A stretch of 64,000 bases of DNA from Octopus bimaculoides (Eukaryota), in the NCBI RefSeq assembly GCF_001194135.2, contig NC_068982.1:65062928-65126927 (forward strand), written 5' to 3'. Positions 49,940-64,000 of the stretch are shown here, piece by piece. The translations under genes were made by a program, and so were the position numbers. How positions within the stretch are numbered: the first letter of the stretch is position 1; each line of letters opens with the position of its first letter. Below the pieces are notes generated by a model. The model made no database searches. It was not told the origin of the DNA and worked only from the letters and a program-made list of their open reading frames with translations.

Positions 49940-50146
49940 ATACTTTCTGCTAAAGGCACAAGACTTGAAATTTGGGGGGAGGGGGTAAGTCGATTACATC
50001 GACCGCAGTATTCAACTGGTACTTAATTTTATCGACCCCGAAAGGATGAAAAGTAAAGTCAACCTCGGTAGAATTTGAACTCAGAGTGTAAAGACGGACG
50101 AAATGCAGCTAAGCAGCTTGCCCGGCGTGCAAACGATTCCACCAGC
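49940..50146 (-). mobile_element. SINE family A
   Basis: Reverse complement of the family A consensus; CpGs largely retained. Confidence 0.85.
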
Positions 50147-50394
50147 TCGCCGCTTTGTCAATAGAAAGCAATATTTTGAAAAAGTTGGATACAGAATGTA
50201 CTGTAAAAACAACTGCAAATCTGAAATCCCTAACAAAATGTTTTACTAGAATTATTCTCCAGTATCCATTCTTTTGTTTATATTTAATTTATTAGGAGAA
50301 AATTCTTTATATCTACGATTTAACGGTACCTTTCACACTGTCTCTTACCTAACACGCATCTTACAAGAATGTTTAGATCATCGCTAGCAATATA

Positions 50395-50434
<40 letters not shown>

Positions 50435-50519
50435 AATAATGAAAGTTTTGAAAGCCTTGGAGCTGTTTTAGTTATTCTCTTTTAGATTGTATATATTATA
50501 AACAGTAGCTTATTTATTA

Positions 50520-50670
50520 TTCGTAGCGAGAGGGGCGGTCTGCCTAAGGCGATGCTTTTGGGGGTCGGCACTTTTGGGTCTGCTGTGTAAGCTTGTATAC
50601 GCTTACACTTGGGGTCGGGGGAGCAAACTCAAGAGCTGCCCCGGGCGGCACATACTCTTGTACGCCACTG
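50520..50670. mobile_element. hAT-like MITE, one end eroded
   Basis: Ends in tacgccactg and begins cgtagcg; GC-rich interior typical of cagtggcgta-type MITEs. Confidence 0.5.
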
Positions 50671-52689
50671 ATAATAAATATTTTATTCCTATATTTACAA
50701 TCTCTTTTCTTAGTGGAGAATTAAAAACTATATACATGTAAGGACACCGAAACTTAACTAGCCTGCGATGTATTAGCTATTCTAGGTCGGTCTTATGCTT
50801 ATATAATGTATTTTTGTCTAATGTAGGCTTAGATCAGTGGTCACCAAACTTATTGTGGAAATTACACCTATATTTTCCAGACGGCCTCTATCACACTAAT
50901 TTTGATATGGCATTAATTGAAATAAATTGTTTTAGAGAGAGAATTTGATCACACAAAAACAACAATTTTTAAAATTGAATTTTATTAAAAGGCATCATGC
51001 AGAAACCACGGATAGGGAAACAAACTTTAAAAAAAAGAAACACTTTTTCTTCTATAAAATTTACTTTCAAAATAAGATTATCCTCTCTATTGAGATTCAG
51101 TCAACTTTCTTTACTCAAGTTACTTTTTTTTCTTTTTTTTTTCCTAATTGTAAATTCTAAAGAAACATTTTTTGGATTGGCAGAATCGGTTGACCATCTT
51201 GTATTTTAGTCTCTTTATGTTCCTGAGCTCAAATCCTGACGAGGTCGATTTTACTTATCATTATTATGGCGGGATCGTTAAATTTGGCATGATTCCAGAC
51301 ATGCATTGGGGGTCAATATAATCGACTATACCTCACAACATTTGAGGCCTTATACCTGTTTACTTGCAGATTTCGATTTTCTTACTGTTTCTTTTTTTTT
51401 TTCTTTTTGTCACGGCAAAGAAACAAAACCGTATTCAAGTCTATTGAAATTAGTCTGTGTTAGTAATAATCAGTTAATATATTTCTCAAAATTGAATAAG
51501 TTCATGTTCTGTCAAGAGAGATTTAATACTAACGTTTAGGACAGAGTTCTCATTTACTGTCACCCAACATTTCTTTTTTCCTTTTTCGACGAAGAGCCCT
51601 GAGACCGAAACGCTAGAATTCATCCCATTTCACGCAGTACACAAACTTCTTTTTAGATTAATCTATTGTTTCATGTGAAGAAATTGTTTTAAACACTCTC
51701 CTAAGCGATTCGTTAAGTATACGTTCGTTGTCTTCTAATATATTCATTAAGGCGTAAATTAGTTGTCATTCAGTTAATCAAGTTTCCATAATCCTAATCT
51801 CCTCTTCCCCCATCTCTCATACTTTTAGATACTTCGTGATTTTGATTTTTCTTTTTCTTTTTCACTCTTTATATTCTGTTTTTCCCTTCCATGTTTCTTT
51901 CTCTCTGTCTTCTACTTTTGTTTTTGGAGTTATTTCAACTTTTGAGCGCTTTCTCTTTAATTCTCTCTTCTCGCTCTTTCCTTCCCTGTTTTTCTCTTTC
52001 TCTCTTCTCTTCTCATATTTTTCTATCTTTCTCATTCATCACGCTCTCTCACTCACTCTCTTTCTCTCTTCCTCATATATTCATCTCTCTTTTCTTGAAA
52101 CTTTACATCTTTGTCGTACTCTCTCAACGCTCTCTCTGTCTCTCTCTGGATACACACACACACACACGTATCCATAAAACTCTCTTTTATATTTGTTCTT
52201 ATCTCTCTATCACCCCCTCTCTCCCCCTCTGCTCTGTGCCCAGGAAGTCTGGCACCATTCCAACGATTATTTGTATGATTTAAGCAAGAGAATTTAAATC
52301 AATAGTTATTAAAACATAGTTTATCTTCATTATAAATGTTGTCTATTTGCACCGCAACACAACATGAAAGACAAACTTTACAAACTGCTATTATATATGT
52401 CTCTGATGTATGAGCATGTTTTGTTTTGTTTCGTTTCGTTTCAATTTGTTTCGTTTCGTTTTTTTTCATTCGTTGAATCGTATCTTCAATGGATTTATTG
52501 ATATCATGGAAAAAAAAAATAATAAAAGCGATATCACTTCAAAAAGCTCGATGCCTACTCTGCACCTCACCACATTACAATGTTACTGGTCTTTCTTTTA
52601 ATCCATTACTTTTTCTCACTTTCAGCCCCGCTCTCTCTCCATATACACACATTATGTATTTGTATGTATATATGCATATGTATGTATAA

Positions 52690-53110
<421 letters not shown>

Positions 53111-55489
53111 ATACCTACTGCTTACCCTCTTGCATGAAAATCTCAGTAAGGTCACATGTTTAGATAAGATTTGGTTTGTATGAGTCACTGTTTTCTTGGT
53201 GGTACTAATATTATCTCCACATTCCACCCCTCCTCTTCTCTCCGAAGTGGTTAGTAACTGTAGTCCACTTTATACCAATTTAGAAACACACGACTTTGTA
53301 AAGCGAGCTGTATCACTAACAAAGCATGTGTAATAATACTATTGCTATATTATTACATCTTTCATTATTCTCTCTGTCTGTTTCTCTCACTATAACGTAA
53401 TAATATATAGTAACTAACGAGAATGTCATATCGAGAGCTAAATACGAGAGGTGCTGGAAAGAAAGTTGTTTCCTTTCTCATATTTTTGCATGAAAGATAG
53501 ATTGGTAGTACTGTTGGAGCTTCTAACATAGAAGAAGGAAAAAATTAAATATCATGCAGCATTTAGTTATGGCCCTTTACGTTCTGAGTTCAAATCCTGT
53601 CGTGGTCAACTGTCTCACATCCTTCTGCAGTAGATAAAATAAAATACAACCGACTATATCCTCTCTAAAAAGTGTGGCCTTATGTCATATCAGAAATGAT
53701 GGTGGAAAAGGATGAAAAAATTCTCAATAAACGTTGTTGGAAAGTAGAGAAAGGATGTTTTTAACATTTGTTTAACTTCAGATCAACCCAGATCAAATAA
53801 CTCTGTGATGAAAGACATTCCAGCCGTAACCATCCTATTTTTAAGGGTTAATAAGGCTACATTAGTCAATGTGTTCAGTACTTTCTTATTGTAAAATGGT
53901 TGATAGTGATTTGAAGAAAATTTGACTGTTGTTTTTAACAGTTCGACTGCGTGCGTAGAAGATCTGTTTGCTCGAGTTTATCGAAGTATTGCAAGTTAAG
54001 TGAAGTGTTACTACACAGTGAAGTCTGTTCTGTTCAGCATAAATCCCGAGGGAGCCCTTTTTTGTTACTCCTAATTAATTGATGTAGAAACGAAATGGAC
54101 CAAGGTTTTAGCACGGGGGACAAAATAACCGATAAATCTTTGTTACATTGGGCGCGCGCGTACACACGCATTTCATACAGAATGTTATTAACTGGTCAAA
54201 CTTTATTACCAGAGGGAATGTCCTTACTGGTCAAAAAGGCTTTTGTTTAACCCCAGGCCAGCTCTGCTGAAGCAGACTTATGATTAGAAATGTTTCAACT
54301 ACTATCACTGGTTTTCCAAGCTGAGTATCTAAGATCATATTATCGAGGGTGGCTTTTCTAAGAGATTTGAAGTAGAGTTGTTGGCTATTTCTAGTAGGTT
54401 GTATACCTACATAGAGGCTTCTTCATTGGCTTATGATTAGAGAAATGTATCATGAAGTACATATCTTACATGTGATTCTCCACTGAGAATAAGTAATTAC
54501 TGTTTTGAATCCAGCTATCTTCTCTCATTAATTTGGGAGATATTATTCAAGGAGTTGTACTGACTCCTGTCTTTCATTATGCCTATTTGCTGAAATCATT
54601 ATCACCAACATAATTTAACATCTGTCTTCCATGTGGGCATGGCCTGGACACCCCAACAAGATTTGCTGAGTTAGAGGACTGAGCCATGTTGCAATGTTTG
54701 TTTTGATTTGGGTTTTCTACCTGGATGCCTTTTCCTAATGCCAGCCACTTTACAATGTACTGGGTGCTTCTTTTTGTGGCATCAGCACTAGTGAAGTTGT
54801 CACACAGCTTGCAAGACTATGATCCCATTCAACTGAGTGGGGCTACAGTTGAGAAAGGTGGGGTTTTTTTACTATGTGTTGGGAGGTTAAGGTCTAATGG
54901 AAGGGACAAGAACAGGTTTGTTGTAGTAGAGAAAATACATGGCTATTTTCCCATTATATAAGGGTGGGTGGGAGTAAACTGGAGTGGAACTGGAAGGAGA
55001 GAGAAAGATGATGATGAAATGTCATAGTGTGTACTCAGGATACAAGAAGGTGAATAGAAGAAAGGATGAAGACAAAAGATTAAAAAGATGAATGGATGAA
55101 AGTTGCAAGACTAATATTGAAATATGTATCAATAAATACCAATGTGTACTAACAGGACTGATGTGGAACAGAGACTAAAATATTTAAAACCTGATAAAAG
55201 AAAAATGTCCTCTATTACTATTCAATGCTCATTTTGACAAGTCAGTATTATAGATATAAAGGAAGCTGGATAGATGGCTGAAGTAGAAGAGCATCAAACT
55301 GGAAAATGTATAGTATTGAGTTCAAATCCTATTAAAGTCAACTTTGGATTTGATAAAAAAAGAATCATTAACCCTTCAGCATTCAAATTATTCTGTCAAA
55401 TGTAATGCATTTGTATTCACGTTCTTTTGAATTAATCATACATTATCTCATAGCTCCTACAAAACTGTAATTTTGTGCCAAAACTTAGG

Positions 55490-55812
55490 CAGGCATGGCT
55501 GTGTCATTAAGAAATGCACCTAGTAACCATGTGGTTGGAGATCCAGTCCCACTGTGGCATCTTGGGCAAATGTCTTCTACTATAGCCCATCATGTGTGTG
55601 TGTGTGTGGGTGTGTCTGTGTTTGTCACCCAACCACTTGATAACTACTGTTTGTTTGTTTACATCATCCTAATATAATAGTTCAGCAAAAGAGACTGATA
55701 GAATAACTACCTGACTTTAAAAAAAAAGTACTGGATTTGATTACTTCAACTAAACCCTTCAAGGAGGTGCCCCAGAATGGTAAGCTCTCCAGAGACTGAA
55801 ACAACTAAAGGA
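55490..55812 (+). mobile_element. SINE family B, CpG-decayed
   Basis: Family B layout with essentially no CG left. Confidence 0.7.
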
Positions 55813-56329
55813 TACAAGAACTAAGTCCCAATACTATTACTGGTATTGGTTCAGCTGACTGCTTCACTTTCACATAGAAACTCCTTTTGTGCTTTGTCAA
55901 AAGAAATCTATTTATACTAAATGACAATCTATCAAAAGTAATGAGGAAAGCAGGAATATATTTTAAACATATAAGTACTATTAACACTGTTACCCCACAT
56001 AAAGTAATCTCAGAATTCATTTGTGCTATATTGCATTAATTATCTCTAAGCTCTCTTATTTAGTTAGGTTTCATTGGATAAAAATAGGATTTTTTTTCCT
56101 ACTGGAATATAAAGGAAACATTGTGAATGAGACCTGTTGTGTTAACTAACCAATATACTTACTCATTAAAACTGAAGAACAAAAATTCTTCTCTCTTCTA
56201 GTTTTAAGCTTAGACAGAAGGCTAAAAATTTTGAAGTGAAGGAATAACTGATTTAATCCTTTTGATATCAGCCTGCAAAAAACCACCTTTGTTTCTATGA
56301 TACTAACTTTCTGTTTAAAAGTGATTTAA

Positions 56330-56713
56330 GTGGAGGCGCAATGGCCCAGTGGTTAGGGCAGCGGATTCGCGGTCATAGGATCACGGTTTCGATCCCCAGA
56401 CCGGGTGTTGTGAGTGTTTATTGAGCGAAAACACCTAAAGCTCCACGAGGCTCCAGCAGGGGATGGTGGTGAACCCTGCTGTACTCTTCCACCACAACTT
56501 TCTCTCACCCTTACTTCCTGTTTCTGTTGTGCCCGTAATTCAAAGGGTCAGCCTTGTCACACTGTGTCGCGCTGAATACCCCCGAGAACTACGTTAAGGG
56601 TACACGTGTCTGTGGAGTGCTCAGCCACTTGCACATTAATTTCACGAGCAGGCTGTTCCATTGATCGGATCAACTGGAACCCTTGACATCGTAAGCGATG
56701 GAGTGCCAACAAC
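56330..56713 (+). mobile_element. tRNA-derived SINE family C, full length with 13-bp TSD
   Basis: A box tggcccagtggttagggc, B box ggtttcgatccc, tail gtgccaacaac. TSD aaaagtgatttaa at 56317-56329 and 56714-56726. Confidence 0.92.
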
Positions 56714-56784
56714 AAAAGTGATTTAAATCAAAACCTTCCATCAAAATTTTGTATTAATTTATGTTTCAAACACCAGCTTAATAA

Positions 56785-56990
56785 AGTTTTGACACAAGTC
56801 CAGCAATTTCAGGGAAGGGTGTAAGTCGATTACATTGATCCCTGTACTCAACTGATACTTATTTTATTGAACCTGAAAGTTTGAAAGGCAAAGTTGACTT
56901 TGGCAGAATTTGAACTCAAAATGTAAAAACGGACAACTGCCACTAAGGATTTTGTCTGGTGTGCTAATAATTTTGCCAGCTTGCTGTCTT
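56785..56990 (-). mobile_element. SINE family A, fully CpG-decayed
   Basis: gccactaaggattttgtctggtgtgctaataattttgccagcttgctg versus intact accgctaagcatttcgcccggcgtgctaacgtttctgccagctcgccg. Confidence 0.8.
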
Positions 56991-58692
56991 TCACACTAGC
57001 TAAATAATGACAGCTATTCTATTAAATTCTTCATTATTTTCAAACTAATTGAAACAAAAGCCATGTATCTCAACAGAGATATGGTAATAAAAGGGTTAAA
57101 CAATCCCAATACTTAGCATATTTATTTTATGAATCCTGGAAGGATGTTGAGTCTGCTATGATTTGAACTCCTAAGAACAATGATTTTAATTAAATATCAC
57201 AAAGCATTATGTCTAGCACAGATTTTAACATCACCAGCACTTTTGTGATTAATTATTAAAAATAAGAATAGTTAAAATTTCATTTACTTTAGTTGAAATT
57301 CCTTTGTGACTTGTAGCATTTTCCTCTAAATCAATATAATTCTTACAGTTGTCTGAACCATAATATTTTATTGCAATTCAAACTTTTGTATTTTTAATGG
57401 CTAATTCATCCATGAATTGTAAGTTATTTCCCTGCTCTTGTAAATGTCAGTTGAGACTTGTTCTTTTGTTTCATGCTAAATATATAACTAGGCATAGGCA
57501 TGGCTCTGGGCAGGGAGTTTGCTTCCCAACCACATGATTTTGAGTTCAAAACCTTGGTATGGCACCTTAGGCAAATGTATTGTACTACAGCCCCAAACTG
57601 AGCAAAGCCTTGTAAGTGGATTTGGCAGATGGAAACTGAAAAAAGCCTGTTATATGTCCATGGCCAAAAGTTTGAAACATTTAAAAAAAAAATTAAAATT
57701 GTTATGCCCAAGAACAATTCAATTCACATATATACAATGCATGTATTTGATTATTTAATATAAAAATTCTAATTTTCAACCCTATGTTCCAAACTTTTGG
57801 CTACAACTGTATATATGCCTGTGTGTATATGTGTGTGCATACATTTAATGTGTGTATGTTTGTGTCTCTTTGTCTTAGCATCATATGAAAGTTGTAAATG
57901 TATGTCACTGTCATACAAGTAGTGTAATAACACTAGTTTCATTATTCTGTGAAAATTTGCCTGTCCATGGATGAATATTACTTTGCTTCGAAACAGCAGG
58001 TGAGTGTTGGTGAAAAGAAAGGCATCTGGCCATAGAAAATTTGCTTCAATAAAACTCCATCTGACCCATGCTGGCAGGGAAAGCTGGACGTTAAATGATG
58101 AGGATGAATCTCTACTGGGTAACTTCAGTTAAACTGAATGAGGTGTTCTAGGGCAGGGGTTTTCAAACTTTTTGACTTGCGGACCCCTTTATATTTCAGG
58201 CTTTACCTTATAAACGCTTATGAAATTTATACATAAATATTTGCTTAAAATAACATATATTTTTACATTTATTTATTTAACAGTATTTAACAAATAGGTT
58301 TATTGTCAATTAAAAAATTTCGATTAAAAAACATATATAAAATCAAATTGCCCATAAAAAGTATTTGCTGTCCACGGACCCCCTGTCTTGTCCTTGCGGN
58401 NNNNNNNNNNNNNNNNNNNNNNNNNNNNNNNNNNNNNNNNNNNNNNNNNNNNNNNNNNNNNNNNNNNNNNNNNNNNNNNNNNNNNNNNNNNNNNNNNNNN
58501 NNNNNNNNNNNNNNNNNNNNNNNNNNNNNNNNNNNNNNNNNNNNNNNNNNNNNNNNNNNNNNNNNNNNNNNNNNNNNNNNNNNNNNNNNNNNNNNNNNNN
58601 NNNNNNNNNNNNNNNNNNNNNNNNNNNNNNNNNNNNNNNNNNNNNNNNNNNNNNNNNNNNNNNNNNNNNNNNNNNNNNNNNNNNNNNNNNNN

Positions 58693-59066
58693 CAATGGCC
58701 CAATGGTTAGGGCAGCGAACTCGCGGTCGTAGGATCGCGGTTTCGATTCCCAGACTGGGCGTTGTGAGTGTTTATTGAGTGAAAACACCTAAAGCTCCAC
58801 GAGGCTCCGGCAGGGGATGGTGGCGAACCCTGCTGTACTCTTTCACCACAACTTTCTTTCACTTTTTCTTCCTGTTTCTGTTGTGCCTGTAATTCAAAGA
58901 GTCAGCCTTGTCATACTGTGTCATGCTGAATATCCCCGAGAACTACGTTAAGGGTACACGTGTCTGTGGAGTGCTCAGCCACTTGCACGTTAATTTCATG
59001 AGCAGGCTGTTCCATTGATCGGATCAACTGGGAACCCTCGACGTCGTAAGCGACGGAGTGCCAACT
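58693..59066 (+). mobile_element. SINE family C, second copy (5' end at the gap)
   Basis: Colinear and highly similar to 56330-56713. Confidence 0.9.
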
Positions 59067-59644
59067 AATAGAACATAAATTCTATTAAGCACAAGGAAAG
59101 ATTAATGAGAATGTGAGATTCATACTTTTCTCAAATACACTAAGGAAACTGACAGGTAATTATAATTATTTAGATTAATTGTTGCGGGTTTACATGTGTT
59201 TTCCATACAAGTGTATTTGTTAGGGCAATTGTTGTTTAGCCTCAAGTCAAACTGAGGAACATCTATGATCAAAAGCATTCCAATGTTGACCACACTAGTT
59301 TGCTTTTCAGGCTTTGTGTCCAAAATCATATCATTGAATGCTTCCTGTTTGTTTATGTCAGTTTGGTGTGGTTTGAGAGTTGCTATTTCTAGCAGGTCAA
59401 GCAACCACAGAGGCTCCCCCTTTTCACCTTGTTGACTCAGGAGCAATTGCTTTACTGTTTGAATGCTCTTATTGCTAATCACTCAACTATGAAATAAAAC
59501 TGGAGCCTGTTTTCATTTTTGCATTTTGGTTAGTAAAACTCTTGATGTGAACTCGTGTGTTGAAACAGATTTTGTGGTATCTCAGGAGGATCATTATGCT
59601 AATAATAAATAGATAAAAAGATATATATAAACAGAAAAGTAGGT

Positions 59645-59793
59645 GCAGTGTGGTAAGTAGCTTGCTTACCAACCACATGGTTCCGGGTTCAGTCCCACTG
59701 TGTGGCACCTTGGGCAAGTGTCTTCTACTATAGCCTCGGGCCGACCAAAGCCTTGTGAGTGGATTTGGTAGACAGAAACTGAAAGAAGCCCAT

Positions 59794-59834
<41 letters not shown>

Positions 59835-60037
59835 TTGTGTGTCTGTGTTTGTCCCCCCCACCATCGCTTGACAACCGATGCTGGTGTGTTTACATCCCCG
59901 TAACTTAGCGGTTTGGCAAAAAGAGACCGATAGAATAAGTACTAGGCTTTCAAAGAATAAGTCCTGGGGTCGATTTGATTTGCCTAAAGACAGTGCTCCA
60001 GCATGGCCACAATCAAATGACTGAAACAAGTAAAAGA
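59645..60037 (+). mobile_element. SINE family B, full length, relatively young
   Basis: Near-consensus head, core, microsatellite and tail. Confidence 0.88.
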
Positions 60038-60103
60038 GTATATACATACTGGTTCAATTTCACTTCATTTATTGTTATGGGTCATTTGGCTAACTATTTA
60101 ACC

Positions 60104-60271
60104 CAGTGGTTCTCAATAATTTTTGGCCAATGGACCCCTTTTGATTCCTATTTTACTCGGGTGGACCCTCATAGTCATTTAATGTTTAAAAAATCCTATA
60201 ATATTTTTGCTATTTATTGCAGATGAATTTTAACTACAAAATTTTATATTGACCTCAGTTGAGAACCTCTG
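60104..60271. mobile_element. hAT-type MITE with perfect 8-bp TSD
   Basis: TIRs cagtggttctcaa / ttgagaacctctg; TSD atttaacc at 60096-60103 and 60272-60279. Confidence 0.9.
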
Positions 60272-60828
60272 ATTTAACCAGTTAACTCTTCAATTGTTCA
60301 ATTAGTCACTCAACCAATTGACCAGCTATGTTTGTCAAGGTCGTTTTGTCATCTTTGTGGTCTCATCAATGACATACCCTCTATATTCCACGTCTGTTTC
60401 AGGTCTCCTTCACTATTTTCATTCTGTCAGGCAAACTGGAATAAGAATAGCTAGGTGCTTTGTTCAGCAACACAGCATGTTTATTGACAACCCTGAGATC
60501 TGAAGTGATGATCACATGGTTTGTAGTTCAGGACCTTAACTTCCTTGCGGCAGCATTACTTTCAAAGGTTATGTAGCATTAAGTATAATATTTTTAAAAT
60601 CAGTTTTAATGTCTACTTTTCCATGCTTATATGGGTCGGATGGAATTCATTGAGGCTAATACTGTACAACTGGATGCCTTTCGTGTCACCAACCCTTACT
60701 TGTTTTCAAGCAAGATTATATTTGCCTACAGCTGGACTTGTTTTCAGGAGGGATTTGAAATACTCAAAACCACTTGTATGATGGTGATGCTCATTTTCAA
60801 CCATCACTTGATGTCAAGACAGAGACGT

Positions 60829-60864
<36 letters not shown>

Positions 60865-61251
60865 GGCTTCTTTCAGTCTCTATCTACCAAATCCATTCAC
60901 AAGGCTTTGGTCAGCATGGAGCTATAGTAGAAGACACCAGCCCAAAGTGCCATGCAATGGTATTGAACCTAAAACTATGAGATTCAGAAGCAAACTTCTT
61001 ACCCACACAGTCACGTCTACCAAATTATTTCCGTTTTAAATCCGTAGACAATACAAATTATATATATAGATTGAAATTTTTTAAAAAGTCAATATCTCAT
61101 AACATTTCATAGCATTTTACAATGAACACAAAGCATTGATAAAACAAAAACAAAAAAAAAATGAAACATATTTTATTGAGGTATTTAAAACTTAGAATTG
61201 AAACCAGATCACAGACTCTTATCTCTGTGATCTTTTTCTCTGTAAGAACAG

Positions 61252-61289
61252 GGTTTACCACTGAAGACAAAGAAAGACTTTTAGAAAAT
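61252..61289 (+). CDS. Candidate small internal exon (GFTTEDKERLLEN)
   Basis: Pyrimidine tract tctttttctct...aacag| and AAT|gtatgt donor; phase-compatible with 63664-63680. No homolog recognised. Confidence 0.3.
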
Positions 61290-61810
61290 GTATGTAATGC
61301 ACAGTATATTATTAGAACCTGGTTACTTTTAATATGTAATTGGCGAGATGGCTAGCATTATTACATAAAGCTTTCGTTTTAATTGACATGGTGCTATATA
61401 ATACCGAGCCATTAAAATACTTGTAAGAAATATAATCTTATTTCAGTAGAAAACCCACACTTGGATTTTTGTTGTCTCCAATTCTGTATCATTGCATTGT
61501 AATGATGCTATTAATGAAATTATATAGATTATATTTCTTGTATTGTCTTGTATGTTTGTATGTGTATGTGCAATTACATGTATATGTATGCATATATTTA
61601 TGTATATAATAATTATATATATATAGTTATGTATGTGTGTATGCATGTACATGCTACAAATACACACACACACACATATGTGTGTGTGTGTGTGTGTGTT
61701 CATATACAAATTATGTACATTATACATAAGTACATATATACATATCTGTGTATGCATATACATGTATGTGTGTGTATATATATACACATACATACATGCA
61801 TATACATATT

Positions 61811-61854
<44 letters not shown>

Positions 61855-62144
61855 CACACACATACACATCCATACGCACTTACATACACATGCACACATT
61901 TATTTATCTACATATACAGAATCCTACTTCCTTTCTGTCTCTCGTCATCTCAGTTTGCTCATTTCCATCTCACTAATATTTTTGTTACTTTCCCGTTGTG
62001 GGATATATTTGCAATTTTTAATTCTATTTCATGTCAGTAATACTGAGACATGGTAACTCTCATGTTTAAAAAGCTGGCTTGGCACTTAACTGTAATTATA
62101 TAACTATCACTCATTTTTCTCCCTTTTTTTCCATGTGTATTGTG

Positions 62145-62180
<36 letters not shown>

Positions 62181-62761
62181 ATATATATATGCATATATAC
62201 ACACACATATATATGCATATATACACACACACGCACACACACACACATATATATATACATATGCACACACACATATTCAAACACACTAGCACATACATAC
62301 CACACAGACATACATATATCCTTACATGCATACATTTCACTTTATCTAGAATAAATTAGAAAGAAAATGAGTGCATGACACTAACTTTGATGGTTCCACC
62401 CCACCCTATCGACACACATGCACACACATGCATCTGCATGTTCTTACACATACACACACAAGTTTTTACATGTACATACACACTTGCATACATGCACTCA
62501 CACACATTAGCGCAGTTAACTCCTTTGTTTAATTTTGGAATCATTCAGTGATTAATTATCTTTTTTTTTTATATACACTCATTTATTACCATCTATTTAG
62601 GAATTTCTCACACAATGATACTGACTAAGCACAATACAATTTTTTTTTAAGCTTGTGCCCTCCCCCCCCCCATCTTTTTTTAAAGAAGAGCCTTTATATT
62701 ATGTAGAAATTTGTCAATGACATTTTATTTTCTTGTAGAACTTGATACGATACTTTTATGG

Positions 62762-63150
62762 TGCAGGCTTGGCTGTGTGGTTAAGAAGCTTGCTATGCAA
62801 CCATGTAGTTTTAGGTTCAGGCCCATTGCATGGCTCTTTGGGTAATACCTTCTACTATAGCTGCAAGCCAGCCAGTGCTTTGTGAATGATTTTGGTAGAT
62901 GGAAACTGTGTGAAAGCCCATTGTGTGTGTGTGTGTGTGTGTGAGTGTGGTGTTGTGTTTGCCCCCACCCACTACTTGTTGATTGGTGTTGGTTTGTTTG
63001 CATCCCTGTAATTTAGCAGTTTGGCAAAAGAGACTGATAGAATAAATATCTTATTCAAAAATAAGTACTAGAGTTGATTTATTTGACTAAACCCTTCAAG
63101 GACTTGCCCCAGCATGGCCACAGTCCAATGACTAAAACAGGTAAAAGATA
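62762..63150 (+). mobile_element. SINE family B, CpG-decayed
   Basis: Complete family B layout with no CG retained. Confidence 0.78.
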
Positions 63151-63663
63151 AAAGATATTCATGATATTAGGTGGCTGAGACAGTCACCCCCCCCCCCCAT
63201 CTCACTGGCAATACCGACTTCATGTTCTAGTAAAAATGAAGCAAATCTCTATTTTTTCTTCTAAGAAGATTGCCTCACTTTATCCCTGGCCCTTCAATTC
63301 CTGGCTGAGTTGTCAAAATACCTTTATGACAACTCTCTCATCACGTTCTATGACTATGACTGTTAGTGGTCAAGAATTTCCATGCCAAAGCCTGAAGATT
63401 TGTGTATTTTTTTGAAGATACTACAGTGGTTTCCCTTTGTTATCTGTTAGTTTACTCTGTTAGCTTTGCTAGTCTCCTAGCAATGAATGAAAAGCATAAT
63501 TGACCTTAGTAGGGTTTGAACTCAGAGTGTTGAGAGCTGGAATGAAAATCACAAGTCATTCTTTCTGATACTCTAGCAACTCATCAAAACTAACACCTTT
63601 ATTAAGATGACCTACAATTAAAAAAATGGTCTGCATGAGAATTCATGTTTATTTCTCCAAAAG

Positions 63664-63680
63664 TTAGTCAGAGAAGGGAG
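63664..63680 (+). CDS. Candidate 17-nt micro-exon (LVREG)
   Basis: ttcatgtttatttctccaaaag| acceptor and consensus GAG|gtaagt donor. Confidence 0.25.
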
Positions 63681-64000
63681 GTAAGTGTCTATAGGTTTGG
63701 ACAGACTGATCACATTGTCATTGTCTAATCTGGACATCTGCAAAGAAAACATGTGCTTACCTCCACACCAAGTGCATTACAAGTTAGACTAGATCCTTTC
63801 TCCTTGGTAGACTTTTCAGACAGAACTCTGCTTAAGGCATCGAAGGACAAAGTGGTGTTGTTAAACTGAGTGGCATGCTATATTTATCAGCCAAGGATGT
63901 TATTGAAAGGAATGTAGCAAAGTGAATCCAGAGACATAGTATTCAATGATGTGATTGTACTGCTGCTGCTGTTGCTTGCAGTAGTAGTTCAAGCGATGTG

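Larger units (their letters stand above)
56257..57095. mobile_element. piggyBac-like (TTAA) MITE carrying two nested SINEs
   Basis: ttaa|tccttt at 56253 and aaaggg|ttaa at 57099. The host sequence is continuous across the SINE C target duplication. A related ttaaccctt end lies at 55368. Confidence 0.55.

Noticed and set aside
56335-56410. tRNA-like sequence with A and B boxes
   Set aside because: It continues into a 380-bp body repeated at 58693 and is bounded by a TSD, so it is a SINE head and not a tRNA gene.

Overview
AT-rich eukaryotic (metazoan) genomic DNA with 8 assembly gaps, very dense microsatellites and dispersed repeats. The SINE families look like those of octopus/coleoid cephalopods (inference from recall, not a search). 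No complete protein-coding gene can be supported; almost every listed ORF is a microsatellite, N-gap or transposon artefact. Supported content: (1) decayed non-LTR retrotransposon fragments (three RTE-type RT pieces, an RTE C-terminal piece and one APE endonuclease piece); (2) an internally deleted Helitron carrying the Rep N-terminus fused to the PIF1-like helicase C-terminus, plus other Helitron ends; (3) a Tigger/pogo transposase fragment; (4) hAT, mariner and piggyBac-like MITEs, three with perfect 8-bp TSDs; (5) three tRNA-derived SINE families with roughly 35 copies; (6) an abundant unclassified ~250-bp repeat. The most interesting signals: a minimal type I hammerhead-ribozyme motif in a Penelope-like/retrozyme-like repeat (15903-15936, minus strand) with decayed relatives elsewhere; a three-domain CpG architecture suggesting methylated gene bodies at both window ends and an unmethylated centre; several long hairpins; and tentative exon chains.
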